Below, piece by piece: positions 43,517-51,625 of a stretch of DNA of 64,000 bases. The translations under genes and the position numbers were made by a program. The notes under the pieces are model-generated. The model was not told where the DNA came from, did no database searches, and saw nothing but the letters and a program-made list of their open reading frames with translations. Source of the stretch: Acidimicrobiia bacterium (GTDB lineage: Bacteria > Actinomycetota > Acidimicrobiia > Acidimicrobiales > JANYDT01); the NCBI GenBank assembly GCA_031383405.1, contig JANMZO010000145.1:1244-65243 (forward strand), read 5' to 3'. How positions within the stretch are numbered: the first letter of the stretch is position 1; the number at the start of each line of letters is the position of its first letter.

Positions 43517-43565
43517 AAACGTCGCGAGAACCGAAAACTGTCATACCCCCGCCGTACCCTGGCAC

Positions 43566-43670
43566 TGTGGACAAGTCGATGGTTTTGCACAGAGATATCC
43601 ACCGGTCGAACTCTGAAAATCAAGGTTATCCCCAGTCATTTCCCCCGGGTTTACCCCCTCGTTACCCACA
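43566..43670. promoter_or_regulatory. DnaA-box-like motifs upstream of dnaB
   Basis: TGTGGACAA (43566-74, reverse complement TTGTCCACA), ATATCCACC (43595-603), TTATCCCCA (43626-34), TTACCCACA (43662-70). Confidence 0.4.
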
Positions 43671-43730
43671 GGGCCCCTCCCGCAGACTGTCAGGGCCGGT
43701 GACCCGTAGTCGCAACTAGCAAAGCAAAAG

Positions 43731-46424
43731 GTGGGTGCGCTTATGGTGCAGTCTCTCGATGATTTTCGGCGTCGCCAACCGGCGCAGCAACCTGCTGGAG
43801 CGCGGCTCCTTCCTCACAACGTCGAAGCCGAGGAGTCCCTGATCGGGGCGATGTTGCTCAGCCGCGAAGCGATTGCCAGCGCCGCCGAGATCTGTTCGGC
43901 GGGTGACTTCTACCGGCCCGCGCACGGTCATATCTTTGAGTCGATCATGTCGCTGTACGCTCACGGCGAACCGGCCGATCCCGTGACCGTGGCCGATGAG
44001 CTTCGCCGGTCCGGCCTGCTCGACATGATTGGTGGTTCAGGCGCTCTCGTAACTCTTCAGGCCGGTACTCCGACCACCACCAATGCCCAGCACTATGCCC
44101 GGATCGTCGAAGAACACGCGCTCCTACGCAAGCTGATCGCAGTCGCTGGAGACATTGCTGAAATGGGTTACAGCCTCCCCGAAGACATCAGCGCCGCTAT
44201 CGACCGCGCCGAAGCGATGATGTTCGACGTCGCGCAACGTCGAACGACCGACACGATGGCCCCGCTGCGTGATCTCCTCGGCCTGAACCTCGACCGTCTC
44301 GAAATGCTCTACGAGCGGGGCGAATCGATCACCGGTATTCCGTCCGGGTATCTCGACCTCGATGAGCGTCTCAACGGTCTGCAACCCAACGCTCTCTATA
44401 TCGTCGGTGCCCGACCCGCTATGGGCAAGTCAGCGTTCGCCCTTGGCATGGCCGCGCACGCGGCACTTGAGCAGCACAAGCCGGTGTTGTTCTTCTCGTT
44501 GGAAATGAGCCACATGGAGCTCACCCAGCGTCTCTTGTGTTCCGAGGCCAAGGTCGACGCGAACCGCATGCGCAACGGCAAGCTGCTCGCCGATGACTGG
44601 CCGAAGATCACCCATGCCGTCGGCCGCTTGGCCGAAGCGCCGATCTACATCGACGACAACCCGAACCTGACGGTGATGGAGATCCGAGGTAAGGCCAGGC
44701 GCCTGAAAGCCAAGCTCGGCGACCTCGGTCTCATCGTGATCGATTACCTCCAGCTCATGACCGGCCGTTCCAACGCGGAGAACCGACAGGTCGAAGTGGC
44801 GGAGATCAGCCGGGGGCTGAAGATCCTGGCCCGTGAGCTTGAGGTCCCGGTGGTCGCCCTCTCGCAGCTCTCCCGTAATCTCGAACAACGGGCCGATAAG
44901 CGTCCGATGCTCTCCGACCTCCGTGAGTCGGGATGCATGCCGGCGTCGACCAGGCTGCGGCGGGCCGACAACGGAGAAGAAATCACGCTAGGTGAACTGG
45001 TCCTTACCCAGATTCAGCCGCTGGTCTGGTCGATCGACGAGCGCGGTCGCATGGTGGCGGCGCGGCTTACCAATGCTTTCCCGTCGGGGATCAAAGAGTG
45101 CTTCCGACTCCGGTTGGCGTCGGGTCGGTCGGTCGAGGCAAGCGCCAATCACCGGTTCTTAACGGTCGACGGTTGGAAGCGGCTTGATGAGCTCGCTGTC
45201 GACGCGTTCGTAGCGACCCCTCGGGTCCTTCCGGCCCCGCTGAACGTTTCCGATTCGTGGACCGACGATCAACTCGCCCTGCTGGCCCACCTCATCGGCG
45301 ACGGATCGATCGGCCCGAGCTTCAAATACGCAACCGCCGACCCGGCAAATCGTGACCTGGTGATCCGGCTCGCCAAGTCGCTGTTCGGCATCGAGGCGAC
45401 CTACACCCAGGAGGGGAACACCTACCAGGTGTGGTTCCCAAGCCCGTACCGTCTCACCCAGGGCACGCGGCATCCGATGAGCAACTGGACCGACCCGCTC
45501 GGTTTGTTCGGGTCGCGGTCGTGGAACAAGTTCGTTCCGCCGTCGATTTTCGGATGCTCCGACGCGCAGGTTGCGCACTTTTTGCGGCATCTCTGGGCAA
45601 CGGATGGTTCGATCACGATCAGTCGCAATGGACGCGGTGATACAGCACGCGTCTACTACGCGACCACAAGTGAGCGCCTGGCGCTACACGTTCAGCAGCT
45701 TCTGCTCCGTCTGGGTATTCGGTCGAGCATTGGTATGGCGAAGAAAGAACGAGCCGGTGGTGGCGAGTACCGCCCCGGCTTCTCGGTTCGGATCCAGGGC
45801 ACCTTGGATCAAACCCGGTTCCTAACGTGTGTCGGCTGCTTCGGGCAGCGGGGAGACGTGATTTCGGAGGCACTCGCAATCGTGGCTCAACACACCCCGA
45901 ACCCAAACGTGGATCTTGTGCCGTGGGAGATTCTGGGGCAGGTGCGAGACGCCATGGCCTCTGCTGGTGTGACCCAGCGTGAACTGGCGACGACTTTGGG
46001 CGAGACCTACTGCGGTTCGTACCTACTCGGCAACGCATCGCGGCCACGGAGGTTTTCTCGTGATCGCCTGCGTCGCATCGGCGAAGTCGTTGGTTCGGCT
46101 TCCTTGGTCGACGCCGGGACCTCAGATGTGTTCTGGGACCGTATCGTGGCGATTGAGTCGACAGGCCCGCAGCCAACATTCGACGCAACCGTGGAAGGAA
46201 CGCACAACTTCATCGCCGAGGGGATTGTGGCCCACAACTCGTTGGAGCAAGATGCCGACGTCGTGATGTTTTTGTACCGCGACGAGGTGTACAACCCCGA
46301 ATCGCCCGACCGTGGTACCGCCGAGATCATCGTCGCCAAGCACCGATCGGGCCCGGTCGGTACAAGTCGCCTGGCCTTTCTCGACCACTACACGAAGTTC
46401 GCCAACATGGCGAAGGGCATCTGA
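43731..46424 (+). CDS. dnaB: Replicative DNA helicase DnaB, interrupted by an intein
   Basis: N-extein 'LPHNVEAEESLIGAML' and Walker A 'GARPAMGKSAFAL'. 'LSDLRESG' is followed by the intein and then 'SLEQDADVVMFLYRDE'. The exteins total 462 aa. Confidence 0.96.
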   Translation: MGALMVQSLDDFRRRQPAQQPAGARLLPHNVEAEESLIGAMLLSREAIASAAEICSAGDFYRPAHGHIFESIMSLYAHGEPADPVTVADELRRSGLLDMIGGSGALVTLQAGTPTTTNAQHYARIVEEHALLRKLIAVAGDIAEMGYSLPEDISAAIDRAEAMMFDVAQRRTTDTMAPLRDLLGLNLDRLEMLYERGESITGIPSGYLDLDERLNGLQPNALYIVGARPAMGKSAFALGMAAHAALEQHKPVLFFSLEMSHMELTQRLLCSEAKVDANRMRNGKLLADDWPKITHAVGRLAEAPIYIDDNPNLTVMEIRGKARRLKAKLGDLGLIVIDYLQLMTGRSNAENRQVEVAEISRGLKILARELEVPVVALSQLSRNLEQRADKRPMLSDLRESGCMPASTRLRRADNGEEITLGELVLTQIQPLVWSIDERGRMVAARLTNAFPSGIKECFRLRLASGRSVEASANHRFLTVDGWKRLDELAVDAFVATPRVLPAPLNVSDSWTDDQLALLAHLIGDGSIGPSFKYATADPANRDLVIRLAKSLFGIEATYTQEGNTYQVWFPSPYRLTQGTRHPMSNWTDPLGLFGSRSWNKFVPPSIFGCSDAQVAHFLRHLWATDGSITISRNGRGDTARVYYATTSERLALHVQQLLLRLGIRSSIGMAKKERAGGGEYRPGFSVRIQGTLDQTRFLTCVGCFGQRGDVISEALAIVAQHTPNPNVDLVPWEILGQVRDAMASAGVTQRELATTLGETYCGSYLLGNASRPRRFSRDRLRRIGEVVGSASLVDAGTSDVFWDRIVAIESTGPQPTFDATVEGTHNFIAEGIVAHNSLEQDADVVMFLYRDEVYNPESPDRGTAEIIVAKHRSGPVGTSRLAFLDHYTKFANMAKGI
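44934..46238 (+). mobile_element. DnaB intein (435 aa) with a LAGLIDADG homing-endonuclease domain
   Basis: Starts at Cys ('CMPASTRL') and has block B 'ASANHRF'. Two LAGLIDADG motifs, 'LLAHLIGDGSI' and 'FLRHLWATDGSI'. Ends 'GIVAHN' with +1 Ser. Inserted in the conserved RESG/S(I/L)EQDAD site. Confidence 0.92.
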
Positions 46425-46445
46425 CAAAGGTCTTCTGAGGACGCC

Positions 46446-46817
46446 ATGAACAACCTCGGTGGCCCCGACCTTCTGCTGTACCTGGTGCTCGCGTTTGGCG
46501 GAGCCATGTTTGTGGGCAATCTCCTGGCGCTGGTGCGTCCTCCGGCTAAACGTCCCCCGACCAAGGGATCGGGGAAGGGCGCGGCCGGCAAGGTTTCGAC
46601 GCAACAGGCTCCGCCCTCGAAAGGCCAGGTCGCGGAGGGCCTAAGTCCCAACGCCACGGGTGCCGGTGATCCAGTCAAGACGGCAGCGACACCTGCTTCA
46701 AAGAGTCCCCCGAAGTCTCCGCCGTTACCGGTAGCTCCGAAAGGGCGCACGATAGCCATGATGGCCGTGGGCGGCGTCGTTTCGCTCTGGGCGTTGGCCA
46801 CCCTTCTCACGAAGTAA
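46446..46817 (+). CDS. Hypothetical membrane protein (two TM helices flanking a Pro/Lys/Ala-rich linker)
   Basis: 'LLLYLVLAFGGAMFVGNLLALV' and 'IAMMAVGGVVSLWALATLL'. No recognisable family. Confidence 0.4.
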   Translation: MNNLGGPDLLLYLVLAFGGAMFVGNLLALVRPPAKRPPTKGSGKGAAGKVSTQQAPPSKGQVAEGLSPNATGAGDPVKTAATPASKSPPKSPPLPVAPKGRTIAMMAVGGVVSLWALATLLTK

Positions 46818-46867
46818 AACGCGTCCGCCAGCAATCCACTCCATAGCCGTCACGTCACGACAACGTC

Positions 46868-49800
46868 CTACAGAACCGGCCACTGTGGGCATGTCCTCCG
46901 GTATGAAGCGGCCCCGTGGCTGAGGCGCCATTCCGCCCGCGTAAGGTTGCGTCCAGCCAGTTGACAGGCGGACCTGCGAAGAACGTCACTTTCGAGGTCA
47001 AGACGCACGAGGGGTCCAACGAGACCTCCGACCAGAAGGCCGTCACCTTTCACGGTGAGCTTCGGCCTTTGGGAATCAGCATCGAAGGGTCCCGCAACCG
47101 GTTCGAGTGAATCGCTGTCAAGGAAGCTGCCGTCACCTGTCACCAGGAGGGACCCATCAGCCGTGAAGGCTCTCGGGGTGACGCTGCGCTGCAGCGGGAA
47201 TCGACGGAACCGTTCGACCGTGCCGGTTCCGACGTCGTAGATAGCGAGCCACTGATTTCCGAAGCCGACGGCCAACCGTCGACCGTCGGGGCTGAATTGA
47301 GGCACAATCTGTCCGTCTGTCACGGACCGGTTTGGCGGTGGGAGTATTCGTAGCCGCGTACCGTCGCTCACCTGTCGAATTTCCGTGCGACCGTCCTGGG
47401 TCGAGATCGCCAGGAGTGAACCATCGAGGCTGAGGTCCCATCCGAGACCGAACAGTTCGGCTCGTTCGACCAGGCGCCCGAGGGGAATGGAGTGGATCAC
47501 CGGCGAGCGTGGCGGCGTGCCCTTGGGCACGTCCCACAACTCGATCGTCCGGGTCGGGGTGGTGCGGGCAACCATGACCGCCGTCCCCGTCGGCATGGAC
47601 GCAAGGGGTATCGCGAACATGGGGTCCCATAACGGCTTCCCAGCGGAGGAAACCACGATGGTCCGGTCGCGGCCGTCGGTCCCCTGATAGCCGATTTGGA
47701 GCCGGTCGACGGCGACCCAACCAAAACTGGGCGTGGCGTCTGGTGCGACGTCGGGGAGTGCGACCGCGTGATCCCGGTGGCGTTTGAGGTCGCGGATGTT
47801 CACGGTGTTGCCGTGAACGACGGCACGCAAGGAACCGTCGGGATTGGCGTCTGATGTCGTCTCCAGCGCACTGTCCAATGTGGCACCGGCGGGTGTGAGT
47901 CCGGACCGGATTGACAGTACCGAACCCGCCAACGTCGAGACCGCAAGGCGTGTCTCCTGCCCGCGCGTCGGCAGACCGAAGGCCGGAGACCAGGGAAGTG
48001 ACCCGCCCGGAAGCTGGCGTTCGCTGCCGTCACCAAGGTCAACCAATCGTCCCCCGCCCTTCGACTGGGCGAAGACGAGAAACCGGTGATCCATCGACGT
48101 CGTGCACGCCAGATCGTCGGAGGTGCTGATCTGCCGGGAGGCCACCAAGTCCCAGAACTGCAGCGCGACGGCGCTTTCGCATGGTCGGCCGACCGGGAAG
48201 TAGCTGGGCTGGTCGGACTGTCGACCCTCAGTCCCGACCGTTGTGCGCGATGGGTCCGGCGTTACGACAACGGCCCGCTGATCGCGTTCCCCGGCATACA
48301 GGATTGGCCAACCATGGATCACCTGGAACGTGTGACGTAACTTCTGCAACGGGTTGTCGACAATGAGGCTGCTGAACGTTGCGCCCGCCTGGGAGGCGGA
48401 AAGGTGAACCGACAGGTAGTTGCCGTGCGGGCTGAACGCCACGTCGGTGAAGCTGGTGAACCCCCTCACGACGACTACCGGGTCCGGTCGCGCGAGGCGA
48501 AGGTCGAAAGCCGCAATCGGCAGTTTGTCGGCGGGGTCGGCGGGGTCGGCGGGGTCGGCGGGCGAAAACACCACGACGGCGGAGCTGCCATCCGGCGACA
48601 GCGCGAACGCACCGCTGGCGACCTCGCCGAGTCGGTGGCTGATTTTCGCCGAACCGGGCGTTCCGACCAGCACGCGACCTTTCGGGTCGGCGGCGAGCAT
48701 CACCGGTGCCTTGAGGGCGAAGCGTGGCATTGGAATGGCGCCGATCTCTCCGCCCGGTACCGGGCTCCGGGCGGCACTGCGCCACAAATCGAGCATCACG
48801 GGCCTGGACGCAGACCCCGCAGCGAGGTCGACGGCGACGAGGTAGCGGCCGTCGGGGCTGAAGGCGTCGCCATCCAGATAGGAACCTGTCACGCCTTTGC
48901 CCCTGGTGAGGAGCTTGGTTGTCGTTGCGTCGATGACGGTGTATTCGGCGGGTTTGAATCGCTGCACCACGAAGGTCCGGCCATCGGGTGAAATCTGGAT
49001 GGATGGGGCCAGAGTCCGGCCGGAGGTGCCAGTGCCGGTGACGGTCGGAGACACCTCCCGGTGGACCCGCCGTTCATGCCCGGGCTCAAGGTCCCAGATC
49101 TCCAGTGCGTTGGTCGCTTTCGCGTCATCGGCCGAGGTGACGGCGACGTACCGGTTCGACGCACCGAACTGGATGCTCACCACCCGACCCTCCCACTTGC
49201 CGATCCCTCTGAGGGTCGTGGTGTTCGGGCCGACATCCCACACGTAGAACTGCGGGTCGCCCGCCGGCTCGTGACCGATGGTGGTCGTGAGCCACGCGCC
49301 CGCGGCGACTCGCCGGCCGTCGGCGGTGATCGACGGTTTCGACAGCAGGCCGGGGGCGTTTGGATCCTCCGGAAGGTGCAATGTCCGATCGGTCCCATCA
49401 GCAACGTGAACGATGTCGAGGAGCGTTCCCCAAACCCGCCTTGCAGCTGCACCGGAACGATCGGGGTCGACCCGCTCCATGACTGACGACGCGTCAACGG
49501 CGAGCAGGAGTGAACGGACGAGTTGGTCGTTCACTGAAGCCCTCGCAGTTTCAGCGAGCGAGACGGCGAACGCCATGTCACGCTCCGTTCGTCGGCGTCC
49601 GGACTGTCTGCTCGATGCCACAGCAAGGGTCCCGGCGACGAGTGCCAATGAGATAATGGCGGAGGCGACGGCCAGGATCTGTCGACGCCGACGCCGGATG
49701 CCTTTCTCGGAGGCTTCGACGTAGCGGATCACCGTCGGCGGCACGCCGGTGTGATCGGGCTGGGTCTCAAGCCACGTCCGCGCCTCCTTCGCTGCGTCGG

Positions 49801-51400
49801 GGCCCAGGAGGAAATCGTCGCCTCCGCTCCACGCTGCCGCCCGTTGTTCCAGACGGGTCCGACGGACAAGGTCGTCACGACCCACCCGGACCGCCTCGGC
49901 GAGCCGCGGCCACGACTCGATCAGCCGGTCATGCACCAGGCGGGCCGTGCCGGCATCGGCGACGATGAGCCGTTCATCAGCCAGACGGTCCACGAGAACG
50001 GCTTCCGAAGCCGAGAGAGAATCAAGCGCCACGGGTTTGCTGCCAGCGACCCGATTGTCGGGTATCTGCACGAACCGCATCAGGAGCTGGTTGAGCGCGT
50101 CACTCTGGTCACCGGCGAGGCGGGCTTCGGCCTGCGAGGTGCGCCGACCGATCGCCCCTTCGATCCGGCCCACTTCTTCGTAGTGGTGGATGCCCATGGT
50201 GTCATCGTGCGCCGCGGTGACGCAGTCATACATCTGCTGCAACGTGAAAGCGATCAACGGGAGTGAACGGCCGGGGTCGTCTTCAGCACCCCGCATGGCA
50301 TCGTCGATGATCAGCTGGGTGAGGCCGGGTTCTATCGACAAATCCGCCTTCGACGCCGGCCCCTCGATCACGAGGGCCAGGGCGGAACGGTCGAGAGGGG
50401 CCACCACGAACGGTTCGCGGATCATCGGCCCGATCGGGGCGAGCGGCTGCATCTCGTTCAGCCGGTCCTGCCGGAGGGTGATGACGAGCGTGACGGGAGA
50501 GTGGGCCACGAGACCGGTCGCCATGACCTGGAGGAAGGGGTCGCGGTCGGCTGGGAGGAGCGTGGTCAACTGTTCAGCCTGATCGATCACGATGAGGAGA
50601 CGCCGTGAGCCCGGCCGGGCGTCGAGCAGACGCGATGCCACGCGGGCCAGCCCCTCTGACCGTAGTGTGGAGGCGTCGACCGGATGGCCGCCGGCTGCGG
50701 TCAGTGATGCGGCGAGCCGATCGAGCGGGAACGTTCCAGGCTCGAAGGGTGGAGCAACAACCCAGCCCTTCTGATCGAGGAGTCGAGGCACCACACCGGC
50801 ACGTACCAGTGACGACTTGCCCGCACCCGACGCCCCGATGATGGCGAACAACTGCCCATCGGGTTCAGGGATGGACGGATCGATACGGTCGAGCACCCGG
50901 CGCACGTCAAGGTCGCGACCGAAGAACACGGCAGCGTCGGACTCGTCGAAGGAACGCAGCCCCGGATAAGGGGATCGTCGTCGGTCCCATCGGCCGCGAG
51001 GCACCGAGCCGATGTCGGTCGTAAGTCGTTCCACGAGTTCGCGTGCACTTGATTCGAGATCACGCTCGAGTCGGATGCCCTGCACCTGGGTGAGAATCGG
51101 GTGCGGTGACAGTGGCGACTCGAGATCGAGCGGATAGACGGGCTTCGCGCGTTCGAGCGCCAAAGCGATTTCGGTGTGACACCACATGGAACGCTGCGAG
51201 GCGGCCGAATTCAGGAATACCACGGCCTGACACAGACGCAACTCCCGGAATAACTCGTGTTGCCAGTCGCGGCCGGGCGCGATCCCATCATCGTGATCCG
51301 TGTCGAGGAACACGTCGTGTCCCGCCGCTCGTAAAACCGCAGCCAGCTGTTCGGCGGCTCCTCGCTCCGACGAACTATGACTGATGAAGCAGTCAGCCAT
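46868..51400 (-). CDS. TIR domain / STAND (nSTAND-like) P-loop NTPase / single TM helix / large beta-propeller repeat protein
   Basis: 1510 aa. TIR: 'CFISHSS...VVFLNSAASQRSMWCHTEIALA'. NTPase: 'PYPGLRSFDESDAAVFFGRD', Walker A 'GASGAGKSS', Walker B 'LLIVIDQAEQ'. Hydrophobic helix 'ILAVASAIISLALVAGTLAVAS' at aa 575-596. Many 'SPDGR/TADG' repeat signatures follow. Confidence 0.85.
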   Translation of the reverse strand: MADCFISHSSSERGAAEQLAAVLRAAGHDVFLDTDHDDGIAPGRDWQHELFRELRLCQAVVFLNSAASQRSMWCHTEIALALERAKPVYPLDLESPLSPHPILTQVQGIRLERDLESSARELVERLTTDIGSVPRGRWDRRRSPYPGLRSFDESDAAVFFGRDLDVRRVLDRIDPSIPEPDGQLFAIIGASGAGKSSLVRAGVVPRLLDQKGWVVAPPFEPGTFPLDRLAASLTAAGGHPVDASTLRSEGLARVASRLLDARPGSRRLLIVIDQAEQLTTLLPADRDPFLQVMATGLVAHSPVTLVITLRQDRLNEMQPLAPIGPMIREPFVVAPLDRSALALVIEGPASKADLSIEPGLTQLIIDDAMRGAEDDPGRSLPLIAFTLQQMYDCVTAAHDDTMGIHHYEEVGRIEGAIGRRTSQAEARLAGDQSDALNQLLMRFVQIPDNRVAGSKPVALDSLSASEAVLVDRLADERLIVADAGTARLVHDRLIESWPRLAEAVRVGRDDLVRRTRLEQRAAAWSGGDDFLLGPDAAKEARTWLETQPDHTGVPPTVIRYVEASEKGIRRRRRQILAVASAIISLALVAGTLAVASSRQSGRRRTERDMAFAVSLAETARASVNDQLVRSLLLAVDASSVMERVDPDRSGAAARRVWGTLLDIVHVADGTDRTLHLPEDPNAPGLLSKPSITADGRRVAAGAWLTTTIGHEPAGDPQFYVWDVGPNTTTLRGIGKWEGRVVSIQFGASNRYVAVTSADDAKATNALEIWDLEPGHERRVHREVSPTVTGTGTSGRTLAPSIQISPDGRTFVVQRFKPAEYTVIDATTTKLLTRGKGVTGSYLDGDAFSPDGRYLVAVDLAAGSASRPVMLDLWRSAARSPVPGGEIGAIPMPRFALKAPVMLAADPKGRVLVGTPGSAKISHRLGEVASGAFALSPDGSSAVVVFSPADPADPADPADKLPIAAFDLRLARPDPVVVVRGFTSFTDVAFSPHGNYLSVHLSASQAGATFSSLIVDNPLQKLRHTFQVIHGWPILYAGERDQRAVVVTPDPSRTTVGTEGRQSDQPSYFPVGRPCESAVALQFWDLVASRQISTSDDLACTTSMDHRFLVFAQSKGGGRLVDLGDGSERQLPGGSLPWSPAFGLPTRGQETRLAVSTLAGSVLSIRSGLTPAGATLDSALETTSDANPDGSLRAVVHGNTVNIRDLKRHRDHAVALPDVAPDATPSFGWVAVDRLQIGYQGTDGRDRTIVVSSAGKPLWDPMFAIPLASMPTGTAVMVARTTPTRTIELWDVPKGTPPRSPVIHSIPLGRLVERAELFGLGWDLSLDGSLLAISTQDGRTEIRQVSDGTRLRILPPPNRSVTDGQIVPQFSPDGRRLAVGFGNQWLAIYDVGTGTVERFRRFPLQRSVTPRAFTADGSLLVTGDGSFLDSDSLEPVAGPFDADSQRPKLTVKGDGLLVGGLVGPLVRLDLESDVLRRSACQLAGRNLTRAEWRLSHGAASYRRTCPQWPVL
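48527..48562. repeat. 4 x 9-bp in-frame repeat inside the TIR-STAND gene
   Basis: (GTCGGCGGG)x4 encodes 'PADPADPADPAD' on the minus strand. Confidence 0.9.
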
Positions 51401-51625
51401 GGGAGATCATCACGACGTGGGGTGATGAACGATTGGACCCGATTCGGATGCGTCCGATACGAACTGGCGTCATCTCCTGGGAGGTTACACGAGTGAACCG
51501 GTTGCCTCCGAGAGACCTGAATTTCGTCTGGATAACCGCCGTGTCGCTCCGGATGTCCTTCTCACGTGGACGTATTCGTCAACCGTTGACCGAACGCTCG
51601 AGCCACGACGGGAGTAAGCGCTAGA

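Noticed and set aside
43368-43730. The rplI-dnaB spacer considered as a second replication origin.
   Set aside because: It has only four imperfect boxes and no clear AT-rich unwinding element. It is better explained as a dnaB regulatory/leader region.
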